From positions 44,826,001 through 44,890,000 of the forward strand of contig OX597820.1 of assembly GCA_951406725.2 (NCBI GenBank): DNA of 64,000 nucleotides, given 5' to 3'. The stretch comes from Octopus vulgaris (lineage: Eukaryota). The position numbers and the translations under genes were made by a program. The stretch's first letter is position 1. The number at the start of each line of letters is the position of its first letter. The notes beneath the pieces are model-generated. The model worked only from the letters and a program-made list of their open reading frames with translations, was not told the origin of the DNA and searched no databases. Below are positions 49,337-62,876 of the stretch, piece by piece.

Positions 49337-51844
49337 GGTGCAGGTGTGAGAGTGTGGTTTTTATTTTTGTATTATGACCAGGATTAATCAGTAAAGCTAG
49401 GAAGTGTTCTCTTCACCATTGATATAATTTTAATTAATTAAAAAAAAAATTCACTCAGTAAGTTAGTCTCCATGTAACTATATGTTCTTCATGCAGAAGG
49501 ACATTCCTAGGAAATTTCCTCCAGTTATTATTTGAAGATGTTAGAATAGTCAATATTTACTCAGATAATAGTCCTAGCAAGGCTATGCTTCACTTAGGAG
49601 CTTTTAATACTGAAATACATCTTGAGTTATCACTGTATTTATTAAAGTTCAATTTCACTCATTAAATATCACCATTCAATTTTTTAATTAATTCGGATTT
49701 CTTGTCCAGAATTAATAATCAAAGTTAATGATTTTTCTCTTCATGTTGACTGTGTAGCAAGAATACTTGCCCAAGGCCAAAACACCTAGGATTTGAACTT
49801 AGATCTCTATATCTGATATAAAAACAACTAAGCAACACAAACAAGATTCACTCAATTACTAATGGTGTCAACAAGCATTGACTACTCAGATCTCTGGCAG
49901 AACAGGATGTTGTTAATAATTCCGTTTTTTGGTACTGTTTTCTCATTGAAAGAAATAGTTACATATAGATCCATTTTGTATGCTAACCAGTTGTGTCTGT
50001 AAGACAGGAGTGGTGCATATTTTAAGCTTAGCAGTTGTGAAGCTGTGAATGTGGTAGTCATCAGTCAAAACCATTGGATAATGATGAAGATATTGATAGC
50101 ACAGCTGAAACCAGCTTCTGTGTTTTTTCTCAACACATAAAAACATCACAAATTGTTGAACTGTTTTAACATTTCAGTTTCTTTTTTTAATCCGTAAGTC
50201 AGGAGTGAAGGGCAGTGCACATGATCCTATACAGGGTTTCTGAGACAGGATTTAGGAAGGTATCCTCAAACTGGAGACCTGGTCTGAAACCTTGTAATGA
50301 AGTGGACCTTACTAAAGACACCCAAAATGCTGAGGTTAAACTGAACAACGAATTAAGTCCACCAACCATGTAGGCCACAATGGGATTTGAATTCAGAACA
50401 CTAAGGGCCATAACAAATACCACAAGACATCAAAATTCATTCTGTAAGATATCTTGCAGTCCAATGCCATACACTGGTACTTTATTTATAGACCTTGGAA
50501 GCATGAAAGACAAAGTTGATCATGGCAGAATCTGAACTCAGAATGCAATGCATTTTGTCTGATACTCTGACGACTACCAATTCACCAATTCATTTTTAAT
50601 AAATACTTTTTGTTTTGTTCTTTGCATTTTACTAACCCTCACTTAACTATTTCTTCTTGAAGCTGAATGTATCCTGGGAAATTCCTCCCAGTTATTTAGA
50701 AATATATACACAGTGAGAACAGAAATGTTATTAGTCAAATATTAGTGTACAGACATGTATTAGCATTATATATATCCTTCACAAGAATAGTCTCTTTTTA
50801 GCCATTGTTATTAGACATTCATTTCTAGTTAGTATTCTAATGCCTCAGGCATTATCTAAGGCAGAAAGATTATATTATACAACTATCATTATCTGGTCGA
50901 ATTACTTCAAAAATAAAAAAATATAACAAGTGCTGAAAATTAAAGTAGTTAGTTAAGTTACTTCTAAGAAGAGAACATGCAGTGATAGGTGATATAGGAT
51001 GGTGTGTGCGTGTGTGTTTAACTAGTGTGAAAATATAGCATCTAATCATATATATATGATATATTGCCAAATGAAATGTCCTCAGTACATTTTCATTCAT
51101 GTCATTTCATTTACTTGTGTCAGTCATTTGACTGAGGCCATGCTGAAGCACTGCCTTTAGTCAAGGAAGTCGACCCCAGGACTTATTCTTTGTAAGCCTA
51201 GTACTTATTCTATCAGTCTCTTTTGCTGAACCGCTAAGTTACGGGGACGTAAACACACCAGCATCGGTTGTCAAGCGATATTGGGGGAGGAGGGCAAACA
51301 CAACACACAAACATACACATATATATATACATGTATATGGCGAGCTTCTTTCAGTTTCCGTCTACCAAATCCACTCACAAGGCTTTGGTCGGCCCGAGGC
51401 TATAGCAGAAGACACTGGCCCAAGGTGCCACGCAGTGGGACTGAACCTGGAACCATGTGGTTCGTAAGCAAGCTACTTACCACACAGCCACTCCTACGCC
51501 TATACACATGGTATTGCCTTATGCACACATACACACACATGACCCACTACCTTAAACAAATGAAAAACTAAGTCGACTACGTAACTAACCAGAAAGACTT
51601 TAACCCTTTAGCATTCAGATTACTCTGTCAAGTATAATGCATATTTATTCACATTGTTTTGAATTAATCATGCATTATCTTGTAGCTTTGAGATATCAAT
51701 GATGTGGTTGTCTATTTTAAGAATCACATCACAGGGTAGGTGTGACAGGCAAGATCTTGCCAGTCTGAACATAAAACAGGTTGAATATTTTGGCAGGATA
51801 TGGCTGGTTAAAATGTTAAAGGGTTAATGTTCTCCAACCTGCCA

Positions 51845-52240
51845 CTCTTTACTCTCTTACTTGTTTCAGTCATTTGACTGCGGCCATGCTGGAGCACCGC
51901 CTTTAGTCAAACAAATCGATCCCGGGACTTATTCTTTGTAAGCCCAGTACTTATTCTATCAGTCTCTTTTGCCGAACCGCTAAGTGACGGGGACGTAAAC
52001 ACACCAGCATCGGTTGTCAAGCAATGCTAGAGGGACAAACACAGACACACAAACATATACATACACATATATATATACATATATACGACAGGCTTCTTTC
52101 AGTTTCCGTCTACCAAATCCACTCACAAGGCTTTGGTCGGCCCGAGGCTATAGCAGAAGACATTTGCCCAAGATGCCACGCAGTGGGACTGAACCCAGAA
52201 CCATGTGGCTGGTTAGCAAGCTACTTACCACACAGCCACC
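51845..52240 (-). mobile_element. Family A SINE, full length and young
   Basis: CpG-rich and highly similar to 51110-51500, 54728-55127 and 41915-42200. Confidence 0.9.
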
Positions 52241-53734
52241 CATCACTTTGGTGTTACATATTGGTGAGTGACTATTTGGCAGTCAGTTAAATAATCCCAT
52301 TCATATTGTTTAAGATATGGCTTGCATGTGTCATGTGTCATCACCCCAGTTATGAATGTGAGTGATAGATTGAGGGGGATAAGTGGATATAGGTATGGCT
52401 GAGAGATTAAGGTGTTTGCTTGATAACCATTAGGTATTGGGTTTGATCCTACAGTGTGGCATTTTGGATAAGTGCATTTACCACAGCTATGAGTCAATCC
52501 AAGCCTTCTGAGTAAATTTGAAATAGACAGAAATTGTACAGAAGCCCATGGATGAACTGTACATGTAATTAAAATGTCCAACTATCTCACACTCTTGTCA
52601 TGTTGAATCTACATGAGGACTGCCTTAACCCTTTTGATACCAACCTGGCTGAAACCACCTCTGGCTCTGTAGTACAAATGTCTTGTTTTCAAAAGTGCTG
52701 AATTAAAATCTTCCACAAAACCTTAGTCACAATTTGTGTTCCTAACACTAGCTTGAAAGAAACACAAAGCATTTCAACAGAAATATGGTAACAAAAGGGT
52801 TTTAAAGATCCACAGGCATGGCTGTGTAGCTAAGAACCTCACTTTGCAAGCATTTGGGTTCAGTCCCACTGTGTGGCACATTAGATGTTTTCTACTACAT
52901 CCCCAGGCAGACCAATGCCTTGTGACTGAATTTGGTTAAAGGAAACTGTGGAAGCCATCATGTGTGTGTGTCTTTGTACTCCCATCCCCAAAGTTTGACA
53001 ACAATTGTTGGTTGGTTTATGTTCTTGTAACTTAGTGATTCAGTAAAAGAGACAATAGAGTAAGTACTGGATTTGATTAATTACTGGGGTCAATTTTTTT
53101 GACTAAACCTTTCAAAGTAGAGTCCCAGCATGACAACAGACCAATGACTCAAGCAAGTAAAAAGTACCTATGCAATATTCAACTGCTTTGCACTCTAACT
53201 CAATGAGTAGATTGCTCATCTGATTGAACAACTGGATGTTCAGACAGCGAAACTGACCCGAGAGTCCATTGTATGTTTGGCAGAAACACCATTACAGATA
53301 TATGATGTGAACAGTACTCTTGTGTAGATCCAGGATATTTGGGCATATAATAGAAGCACTGTCCCAGATAGGTAGACAGTCTATATGGGTCTTGGATGTT
53401 TGTATGTGAATGTGTATAAAAGAAAAAGTGTAGGTTTGTTCAATGATGCAGTACTACATATCTCTTTAATGTGTGTGTGCTGAGAGAAATAGAGCTAGGT
53501 ATAAATACGTCAACACTTGAAAGTGTGCTGCAGATGAGCGCACATGAAAAACTGTCAATGGATTATAATGCTATTATGTCATAATAGAACAATTTTAACA
53601 TTAATCTGTAAGAATTCTAGTAATTATATTTGATTATAAAGCAAGCTTACGGTTTCATTTCTGTTCAGTAAATGAGTTGTGTGTTTATACTATTATTTTA
53701 CTTTAAAAAAAAAATTAATTTTGGTCTTTTGTTT

Positions 53735-53990
53735 TTGGATTTGGTTTGCAAGATTCTTTATATGAGTCCGTATGTTGAAGCATATTCTGTTATGTCTGGG
53801 GAGAGTCATTTTCTTTTTGTGCCTTATAATGTAACACACCCACCGGTAAAATTTCCACTTATTTCTTATTTTTATTTTCCTAAAATTTTATTGAAAAGGT
53901 TGCAAGACGCAAAGAAAATTTTAGGAAAATAAAAATAAGAAATAAGTAGAAATTTTAAAGAAAATGACTCTCCTCAGACACAACAGATTA
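53735..53990. mobile_element. Fold-back repeat related to 5209 and 9678
   Basis: GTCTGGGGAGAGTCATTTTCTTT pairs with AAAGAAAATGACTCTCCTCAGAC; CTTATTTCTTATTTTTATTTTCCTAAAATTTT pairs with its exact reverse complement. Confidence 0.75.
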
Positions 53991-54433
53991 TTTTGTTCTA
54001 TATCACAACAACAGGATATAAATTCACATTGAAAAGGAAAAGCAAACAATTTTCACCCACTTGAAAATTCAAAAATACTATTTGCACACTTGCTTAACGC
54101 AATTATTTAGCTATGATTTCTTCACTTCTGTCTTTAAAAAAGCAGCACAGTGTACTACCAAGTGTTAGGACACTGACTGCACTTAACACAGTACCTACTA
54201 ATCTACTTCCTCACATGTTTAAATAATCCACTGTAAAGTAGGTTTCATAAAAAATAGAGTCACTGAGCTCTCATGTCTTCTTTGACAAAACCCTAGTTAG
54301 TATAGTGGAATGGGTGCCAACCATAGAGCTGAATGCAAGAAGACTTAAACACAAGATGACTGAATTTAAAGCATCATCATCATTTAACATCTGTTTTCCA
54401 TGCTAGCATGGGTTGGACGGAGAAGTAACATGC

Positions 54434-54492
54434 CTCCCCAGTGGGGAATCGAACCCCGGTCTCCCACGCGACAGGCGGGGATACTTACCACT
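54434..54492 (-). pseudogene. tRNA-Asp(GTC) copy, 5'-truncated and mutated
   Basis: Minus strand AGTGGTAAGTATCCCCGCCTGTCGCGTGGGAGACCGGGGTTCGATTCCCCACTGGGGAG aligns to animal tRNA-Asp-GTC from the D-loop to the discriminator; the first ~13 nt are missing and there is no CCA. Confidence 0.9.
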
Positions 54493-55312
54493 GAAAAATC
54501 AGAATAGCAAAAGCTTGAAAGACCAAAACCTCAGCATACCAAATGCTTGAAAAACTGAAGATTCAGAAAAGAAAATTTTGAAATATCTTAGGGTAAAACT
54601 AAGAAGAAAAGCAGTTTTAAAAGGAAATTTATTTTATAAACATGTTATAACAGATTCTAAAAAAAGTAAATGTATTGCAAAGATAGGGTAATGATGGGAT
54701 AATCAAAAATGTAAATGGTTTATTTATTACTCTTACTCTTTTACTTGTTTCGGTCATTTGACTGTGGTTATGCTGGAGCACCGCCCTTAGTCTAGCAAAT
54801 TGACCCCAGGACTTATTCTTTGTAAGCCTAGTACTTATTCTATCAGTCTCTTTTGCCGAACAGCTAAGTTACGGAGACGTAAACACACCAGCATCGGTTG
54901 TCAAGCGATGTTGGGGGAACAAACACAGACACACAAACATATACACACTCATACATATATATATACACATATATACGACAGGCTTCTTTCAGTTCTATCT
55001 ATCAAATCCACTCACAAGGCTTTGGTCAGCCCGAGGCTATAGTAGAAGACACTTGCCCAAGGTGCCATACAGTGGGACTGAACCCAGAACCATGTGGTTC
55101 ATAAGCAAGCTACTTACCGCACAGCCATGAATATTTCCTTTCTTAAATTCTTTCATTTTTTAACAATTCACTTCTTTTCTTTTAACATAAACATAAATAG
55201 TTGAAAAGATCAAAAGACTAAATTGTGTTTGAACAAAATGAGACACATGCACATGTTGCTTAACTCCCTTTTGTGTTCACTCTTTTTGCTGCCTTTTTTG
55301 TACACAAACTTC

Positions 55313-55672
55313 AGATCTTTCCCCTTTCAACGGCAGATCGAGAAATTAATTTTTGTAACTAAACACTTTCAAACTTTGGACACTGGTAGAATTGGTCATA
55401 TAAAACATCTTAGTGTTGTTGAAAAAAGTGTTGTTGAAAAAAGTTTCTATTTTCAAAGTAATTTTATTCAGTTGAATACATGTCATTGATTGGTTGAAAT
55501 TACCGAAATACGACAATTTTAACATGAAAAATCTTTGAAAATAGAAACTTTTTTCAACAACACTAAAAGTAAAAGATATTTTATATGACACATTCTACCA
55601 GTGTCTGAAGTTTGAAAGTGTTTAGTTACAAAAAATTACTTTCTCGATTTGCCGTTGAAAGGGAAAAGATCC
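55313..55672. mobile_element. MITE with long TIRs and an 8-bp TSD (Merlin-like)
   Basis: CAAACTTC at 55305-55312 and 55673-55680; termini AGATCTTTCCCC / GGGAAAAGATCC; ~140-bp inverted arms. Confidence 0.85.
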
Positions 55673-56455
55673 CAAACTTCCACTAGATTCATCTCCTTTC
55701 TTTCATTAACTGCGTAGCTTTTGTATTGATAATATTCCTTTGGATATTACATTCGATTGAAAATATTCAATAATGAGAGAAATATTCAATGAACTGTTTA
55801 CATTTTTGCTTATTCCTTCAATACTGTCTCCTTGCCATGCACTTGATAAACTCCTTTTTAAAACTAAATAAAGATCTTTTGAAATTGTTTTCATTATTAA
55901 TGTCCTCTAAAATATTTCAAAATTATGTATTCTGAGTTTTGGGTTTTTTAAAAATATTCAGTATTCAGAGTCTCTCAAGCTTATGATATTGTACCTTTTT
56001 TTTTTACTTTGGTCATTTGAATTCAGTTATCTCACATTCAGCTTTATTGCATTTGGCTTTATGAACCACATCCATTACAGAACACATAGAAACATGAGAG
56101 AGAGAAAACTAAGAACTTGGAAAATTTACATCTACAGATATTTATCTTCTCAAAGCATCCTACAACTCAGTTTTCTAAATCAGAGAAAAGAAAAATTCCA
56201 GAGTTTGATTCGTATCCCTCTTAAAAAATGGAGGAATAAAAAGTGTCTTAATTTCATTTTTATAATCATAAGAATCTTTCAACTGACAGCAACAGAACCC
56301 GAATCAATAAAATAAACTTTCAGCAGTGAACAAGTTTAGTAAATCCAACTAAACAGTTTTTTCACTTAAAGAGAAATCAGAACCACAAGTAAAACCATTT
56401 AGCTGATCTATTTATCAAATTGTATATAATATATAAAACACACAACTATATATGT

Positions 56456-56509
56456 AAGTAGACAGACAGACAGACAGACATAGATAGATAGATAGACAGA
56501 CAGACAGAT

Positions 56510-56540
<31 letters not shown>

Positions 56541-56541
56541 T

Positions 56542-56578
<37 letters not shown>

Positions 56579-56695
56579 TATAGATAGATAGACAGACAGA
56601 CAGACAGATATAGATAGATAGACAGACAGACAGATATAGATAGATAGACAGACAGACAGATATAGATAGGGAGAGAGAGGGAGAGAGAGAGAGAC
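56456..56695. repeat. Compound (GACA)n/(GATA)n microsatellite with a higher-order period
   Basis: Alternating GACA and GATA blocks separated by GATATA/CATA. Confidence 0.95.
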
Positions 56696-56881
56696 CATGT
56701 AGGATTATTGGCATATTGAATATAATACTGAGAAAAAAATGAAAATAGTTTCACATTTTGATATTAGCTCAACAATATTAGCTGAAGTCAGCTGCAGATC
56801 TACATGAAATCAATATGAAAAATGAACAATGTATAAAATGCACACAAGAAAATGGTATGGGGAGAGAGAGAGAAAGAGGGA

Positions 56882-56926
<45 letters not shown>

Positions 56927-57678
56927 TGTGTTTTGGATGTTTACAATTTAAGGCACAAAAGCTTTTACATGATCAATATATTATTCTAGGGAAGAGAATA
57001 TCAAAAGCATTGCAAATTATATATATATATCCACATCCAGACTTTGCCAACATGGACAAGTAAACAAAATATGATGATCACCATGTTTATATGCATATAT
57101 TGTATGTACACATATACAGACACACACACATATACAAATGCATACACACACATTCATATAAATTTCATTTTTGTATTTACTTTGCAAAATTCTTGACATG
57201 TAACCAAGTGCCAAAATAAACATTGCTGTACTTTGCAAGGGTTGTTCTGCTCATTAAACATATACACTGATTTGTATATCACTTTTTAGTTTTATTATCA
57301 ATTAACTAATTAACAAATTAATCAATCAATTAATTTGTCCTTTTGTCATACTATTATGTGACCATACTATTATGCATTCACTCTGTACTTAATGGCTTCA
57401 GGTTCAGTTTCACTACATGGCCTCTTAGACATGTGTCTCCTATAATTGCCCTGGGTCAACCAAAGCCTTGTGAGTGGATTTAGTAGATGGAAACTGAGAG
57501 AAGCCCATCGCGTGCATGTGTGTGTGTTCTTGTCTTGACATCAAATGATAGTTACAAGCAAGTGGCATCATTCATTTCCAGCCTTTCATGAAAACATGTC
57601 TGGATCAGGTGAATATTTACCTTAGTTGGAAACAGGTGAGAGGTGGCAAAAGAAAGGGCTATAGAAAAGAGTAAGCAT

Positions 57679-58076
57679 TAAGGTGGTGAGCTGGTAGAAA
57701 CGTTAGCACACCAGGTGAAACGCTTAGCGGTATTTTGTCTGCCAGTAAAGAGGTCGACTTTACCTTTCATCCTTTCGGGGTCGATAAATTAAGTACCAGT
57801 TACGCACTGGGGTCGATGTAATCGACTTAATACCTATGTCTGTCCTTGTTTGTCCCTTCTATGTTTAGCCCCTTGTGGGTAATAAAAAAATGGGTATTTT
57901 GTCTGCCGCTATGTTCTGAGCTCAAATTCCGCCGAGGTCGACTTTGGCTTTCATCCTTTCGGGGTCGATAAATTAAGTACCAGTTATGCACTGGGGTCGA
58001 TGTAATTGACTTAATCCCTTTGTCTGTCCTTGTTTGTCTCCTCTATGTTTAGCCCCTTGTGTGTAATAAAGAAATA
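57679..58076 (+). mobile_element. Family B SINE with a duplicated body and a 16-bp TSD
   Basis: Body occurs twice (57729-57890 and 57893-58076); flanks AGAAAAGAGTAAGCAT (57663-57678) and AGAAAAGAGTAAACAT (58077-58092). Confidence 0.9.
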
Positions 58077-58090
58077 AGAAAAGAGTAAAC

Positions 58091-59273
58091 ATGGCCACTC
58101 CGCTGGCAGTGTGCACCAAGGAAGAATATTGATCAGCAATCTGATTTCTCTGGCCTGAAGATGTGTCAGGGACTGAAATTCATTGCAAGCTTTCAATACA
58201 ATACGGGAACGGCACTATCACACAGAAGTGTGTATGAATAGATTGAGAAGTTTAAAAATGGTCAGACAAACATGAAGTACAAAGAGGGAGCAGGATGCAC
58301 ACTGACCTCCATCAATGACATGATGATTCTACAAGCTTGAGAAATGGTTCTGGAAAACTGATGAGTGACTATTGACGAGGTGGTATGTTCTCTGCAAATT
58401 AGTCATGGTTCGTATATGAAATCATCCACAACAAGTTTTGCTTTATAAAGTCTTTGCAAGATGGGTACCAAGAGAGCTTATTAAAGTGAATAAGCACAAA
58501 TGTGTGGATATCTGTCAATGCTTACTTGACTGTGACAATCATCATCATCATCATCGTTTAACATGATAAAGACAAAGCTTTCCAGGGGAGAATAGTCACA
58601 GGAGATGAGATCTGAGTTCATCACTTTGAGCCAAAATCAAAGAAGCAGAGTATGGAGTGGAAAAACCCAGAATATTTAGCAAAAAGAAATTTAAGACACA
58701 ATCTTTCGCAAAAGAAGTGACACTGTTTTTTGGGATGCAAAAGGACCTATACTGAAACATTACTGAGAAAAGGTGTCTACATTCACCAGTGTAAGCAAAA
58801 GTGAAATGCTGGCCAACAAAACTGAAACCAACAATTGGCACCAAATGCTGATTGTCAAGGCAAGTGTTATCGTCAAGGCAAGTGTTATTGCTGACAAAAA
58901 TACATGCCCACATAGGGGCCACCCACACAGTTGAAACCATTGATAAATTGGATTTTGAGTTGCTGGAACACCCTGCATACAGTCCAGATTTTGCTCCTTC
59001 TGACTATCACCTCTTTGGACCACTCACACATCCTTTATGAGGTCATCAATTTGCTACAGTTGAAGAAGTGTAGAAAGCAGTGCATAGATGGCTGTAAGAC
59101 CAGCAAAAAAAACCTTCTTCTCCAATGGAATAAGCAAGCTTTTGGACCACTGGAAGAAGCCCATCAAAAAACAAAGAGACTAGGTTGAAAAATTATGTAT
59201 TTGCTCAACCCCTGCTTTTGTTTTAATAGTTTACAAAAACATGAGTGTGTATAATTTTTAACTTACCCTCATA
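58091..59273 (+). pseudogene. mariner transposase pseudogene with right TIR
   Basis: MATPLAVCTKEE start, ARWVPREL, IVTGDE...HHFEPKSKKQSMEWK and LEHPAYSPDFAPSDYHLFGPL motifs with many stops and frameshifts; ends ...ACTTACCCTCATA; left TIR not seen. Confidence 0.92.
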
Positions 59274-61245
59274 ATTCTGGAACAATAATCATCAAAAGTC
59301 AATCAAAAGGGCGTGCATGTGTGTATTATTTTAAATAACTAGGTAAGTTATAATATACAGGAAGGCTCAACATATGTTAGTTATAACAGATCATCTAAAA
59401 AGAAAGTATGTCAACTTACTCATACTGAAGAAATGAAACAAAACTGAAACCTACTGGTGATAGTTGAGATGGGGTAGAGGAGAGGTCATTAGACAAAAAA
59501 GATCAACAAGATAAGAAGCTTTAAATCCCAGGTGGTAGTTCAAACGGAGGGAGAGGAAAGCCAAGCAAACAGACAGATTAATAAATTTATATAGTGAGAT
59601 ATAGAGGCAGGAGGAATGGAAGAGGAAAACACCATTCCCTTCATTCTTCCCTTGAGCACATAAACCACAAAATGGACATCTTGCAGTCAAAGGCTGTAGG
59701 TCTAAGAGCAATTAAATATAAAACAAATAACAACAATCATAATAACAATAATAATTTTTTATGATGACAACAACTAGGCAGGTTATTAATACTATTTCCA
59801 TAAATATCTTTTAACAACAGGGTTTAATAAGCACTGGTAAAAGACAGGATGTTAGGGTCAATGTCTACATGTCATCAAAAATTATTATTTTCATACCCAC
59901 ACAAATAGGGGTCAAGTTGGTGCAATGTGGAAAAATTGCTGCTGCTTAGCCCCATGTCAGCCCTTAACAAATATACAATCAACAAAAGTGTACCCAGAAT
60001 TAAAATATCTAATGTATCCTTTTACCTAAGTAGGGTGTAATTTGAAGGAGATTGGCTGCTATTTCTAGCAGGTTGAGCAACTATATAGAAGCAACATCAT
60101 TAACTCATTGGAATCCAGGTTTTTCTTAGCTTTTTTGTAACCATATTTTTGTCAAACTACACTTCCTTTTAATTCAGTAAATTTTTAAAATAATGAGTAA
60201 GTCAGTAGAACAATTTGTCTTTATTAAGCTGGTGTTTGGAACTGAAATTGACATAAAATTTTGTTGGGTGGGGTTTAAATTTGGATAACTTTAAAACAGG
60301 AAGTTTGTATTATAGAATCAGGGGTGGTCTCAAGTTGGTTGATATCAGAAGGGTTAATGCATCCGTGTGCAATGGACATTCAGCTCCAGGTACCCTGATT
60401 TAACAGACTTTATATTGAGGCATGGCTCATAAGCATACTTCCCAACTACATGATGACATTGGATATCTTTTACTGTATATAGTCTTAAATCAACCAAAGA
60501 CTTGTGAGTGAAATTTGGTAGATGGAAACTGCATGGAAGTCCATCAGAGAGACTGTTCCTGTTCTTGAGTGGCAAACTTAATCTAGTCACACCAAGAATG
60601 TGATGGTGTTATGCTATCTGATGTAGTTATGGACTTGTATGGCAAAGAAAAAGTTTATGGGGTAATATGATAAATATCTTACACTCTCTTCAGAAGAAAT
60701 TCCATTTCATAAATTTCAGTCTTTACAGAGATGATATCCTGTTACTTTTTTTCTATGTATAAATCACCATCAACTTGACAAGCTTTGAAAAAACCTAATT
60801 TGCTCAATATTTTGAGTTTAACTATATACCTTCATTATCATAATTTTTGAATATCCATCTGTCATGTTGGCATGGGTTGAATAGTTTAACAAGACCCAAG
60901 AAGCTCAAGGTCCATATCATGCTCCAATTTATGCTTTGGTATAGTTTCTATGTCTGGATGCTCTTCCTAATGCCATCAGTATACAAGGCATTAGTGAGGT
61001 TGCCATGTAGCTTGCAAAACTAAAATCTCCTTCAGCTGTGTCGGACTATAGTACAGAGAGAGCAACTTTATGCAAGGTGATTACAGATAAAATTATGAAA
61101 GAAGTTATAACAGGTATTTTGGCTGTAGATGAGATACATGGCTACTAGCACTGTACAAGAGTGGGTGGGATTAATCAGTATGGTGTTGGAAAGAGAAATA
61201 ATGATGGTTGTGATAAAGAGTTAGCACAGGCCCTGAGGATGAAAG

Positions 61246-61281
<36 letters not shown>

Positions 61282-62649
61282 TACACATACACACACAATG
61301 GGGTAGGCGTGCATGTATGTATGTTGTTGTAAATCCATGTGATTGAGTTATGTCCTTTATACCAGAAAGGTAAAACCTAGCCATTTGATAAATAGAGATT
61401 CATAAAATGATATATGTTTTGAACCTGGCATGATCAACTAAAAGCTTTTGAAAAGTAGAAAAGAATAAAAGAGTATGTCTGACCTTTGACAAGTATTCTA
61501 TTAAACCATACTTCTTAGCTCAATTAATAAAATAGTTAACATTGATAAATCATGTCTTAGATGTTTGCCAAGTCAAGCACTTAATCCTTTACAATATCAA
61601 TAGATAAACTTCAAAAGTTACAACTTATAATGTTCAAGAAAGAATAAAAATACTTGAATAAGGAATAAACATTATCTATTCTTTACATGATTTCGCCAGA
61701 GGGAGAGTGGCAACAGCCATGACCTTTTCCAAAGCTTTTGTGACTGGTGAGAAAAAAAGGAACTTCTTAAATGGAGGACTGATCTGATTCTTGGACACAG
61801 TGTATACCACTAAAAAATTTAAGGGCCATGTGATACATTTAAAGTATACAACCAAAATAATAGAATACCTGTATTCTTTCACACAGTTTCCACCATCCAA
61901 ATTTCACTCAAAGGCATTGGTTGACACAAGGCTATGGTAGAAGGCACTTTCCCAAAGTGCTGAGCTGTGGATGTGAACCTATTTATTACCGAGTTGTTGC
62001 AAACTTCGTAACCACAAAGCCATGCCTACAACTTTGTTATTCATGAAAAATATTTTATACATAAAGCAAATGAAATAACAATATTGACGCAGTTTATTTG
62101 AAAAACAAAACCCCCAAGAAATACCTCCAGTTGGATATTAAGGATTGAGTGTACCACATTGAGAAGTTAACTACATAACATTTATTTTCTCCTGCCAGCC
62201 ATCAACAGAATCAATCTCTGATAATTGAAGAAAACCAGTCATGTAGAGAGCAAACCTTGCTTTAAATAGTCTTGGGTAAAGGATAAAGACCTCCTTTGGT
62301 CATGAATGACTATAGGATTGCACCTAGAAACTCCCCCTTGCCCCCAAGGCACAAGTCTGGTCAAGATTGTTTATGGAAGACCAACAATTGCCTATGTATA
62401 CCAGCCTCCCTTCTCCATGCCACCGATGTTATCCAAGGGAAAGGCAAAGGCCAATACAGCTTGGCACCAGTGATGTCACAACTCATTTCTACAGCTGAGT
62501 GAACTGGAGCAACATGAATAAAGTGTCTTGCTCAAGAACACAACACACAGTGCAGTTCAGGAATTGAACTCACTACCTCATTGTTGTGAGCCTGATGCTG
62601 AGCCACATGTTGACAAGGAAACAGTATCAGATACCACATCTATTATCGT

Positions 62650-62829
62650 TATTTGTTTCAATCATTATACTGCAGCCATGCTGGGGCACTGCCTTGAAGA
62701 ATTTTTAGGTGAATGAATTAACCTCAGTATCTTTTTTTAAAGCCTGGTGCTTATTCTATAGATCTCTATTTGCCAAACTGCTAAGTTACAGGGATGTAAA
62801 TACACCAACACCGATTGTCAAGTGGTGGT

Positions 62830-62876
<47 letters not shown>

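Noticed and set aside
54291-54492. CCCTAGTTAGTATAGTGG (+) resembles the missing 5' end of tRNA-Asp, suggesting a tRNA gene split by an inversion between AGTGG and CCACT.
   Set aside because: 54309-54371 and 54493 onward are collinear parts of the same old inverted-repeat arm (mirrored at 55903-56076), so the intervening segment is not inverted. The match is treated as probably coincidental, though an orthologue check is cheap.
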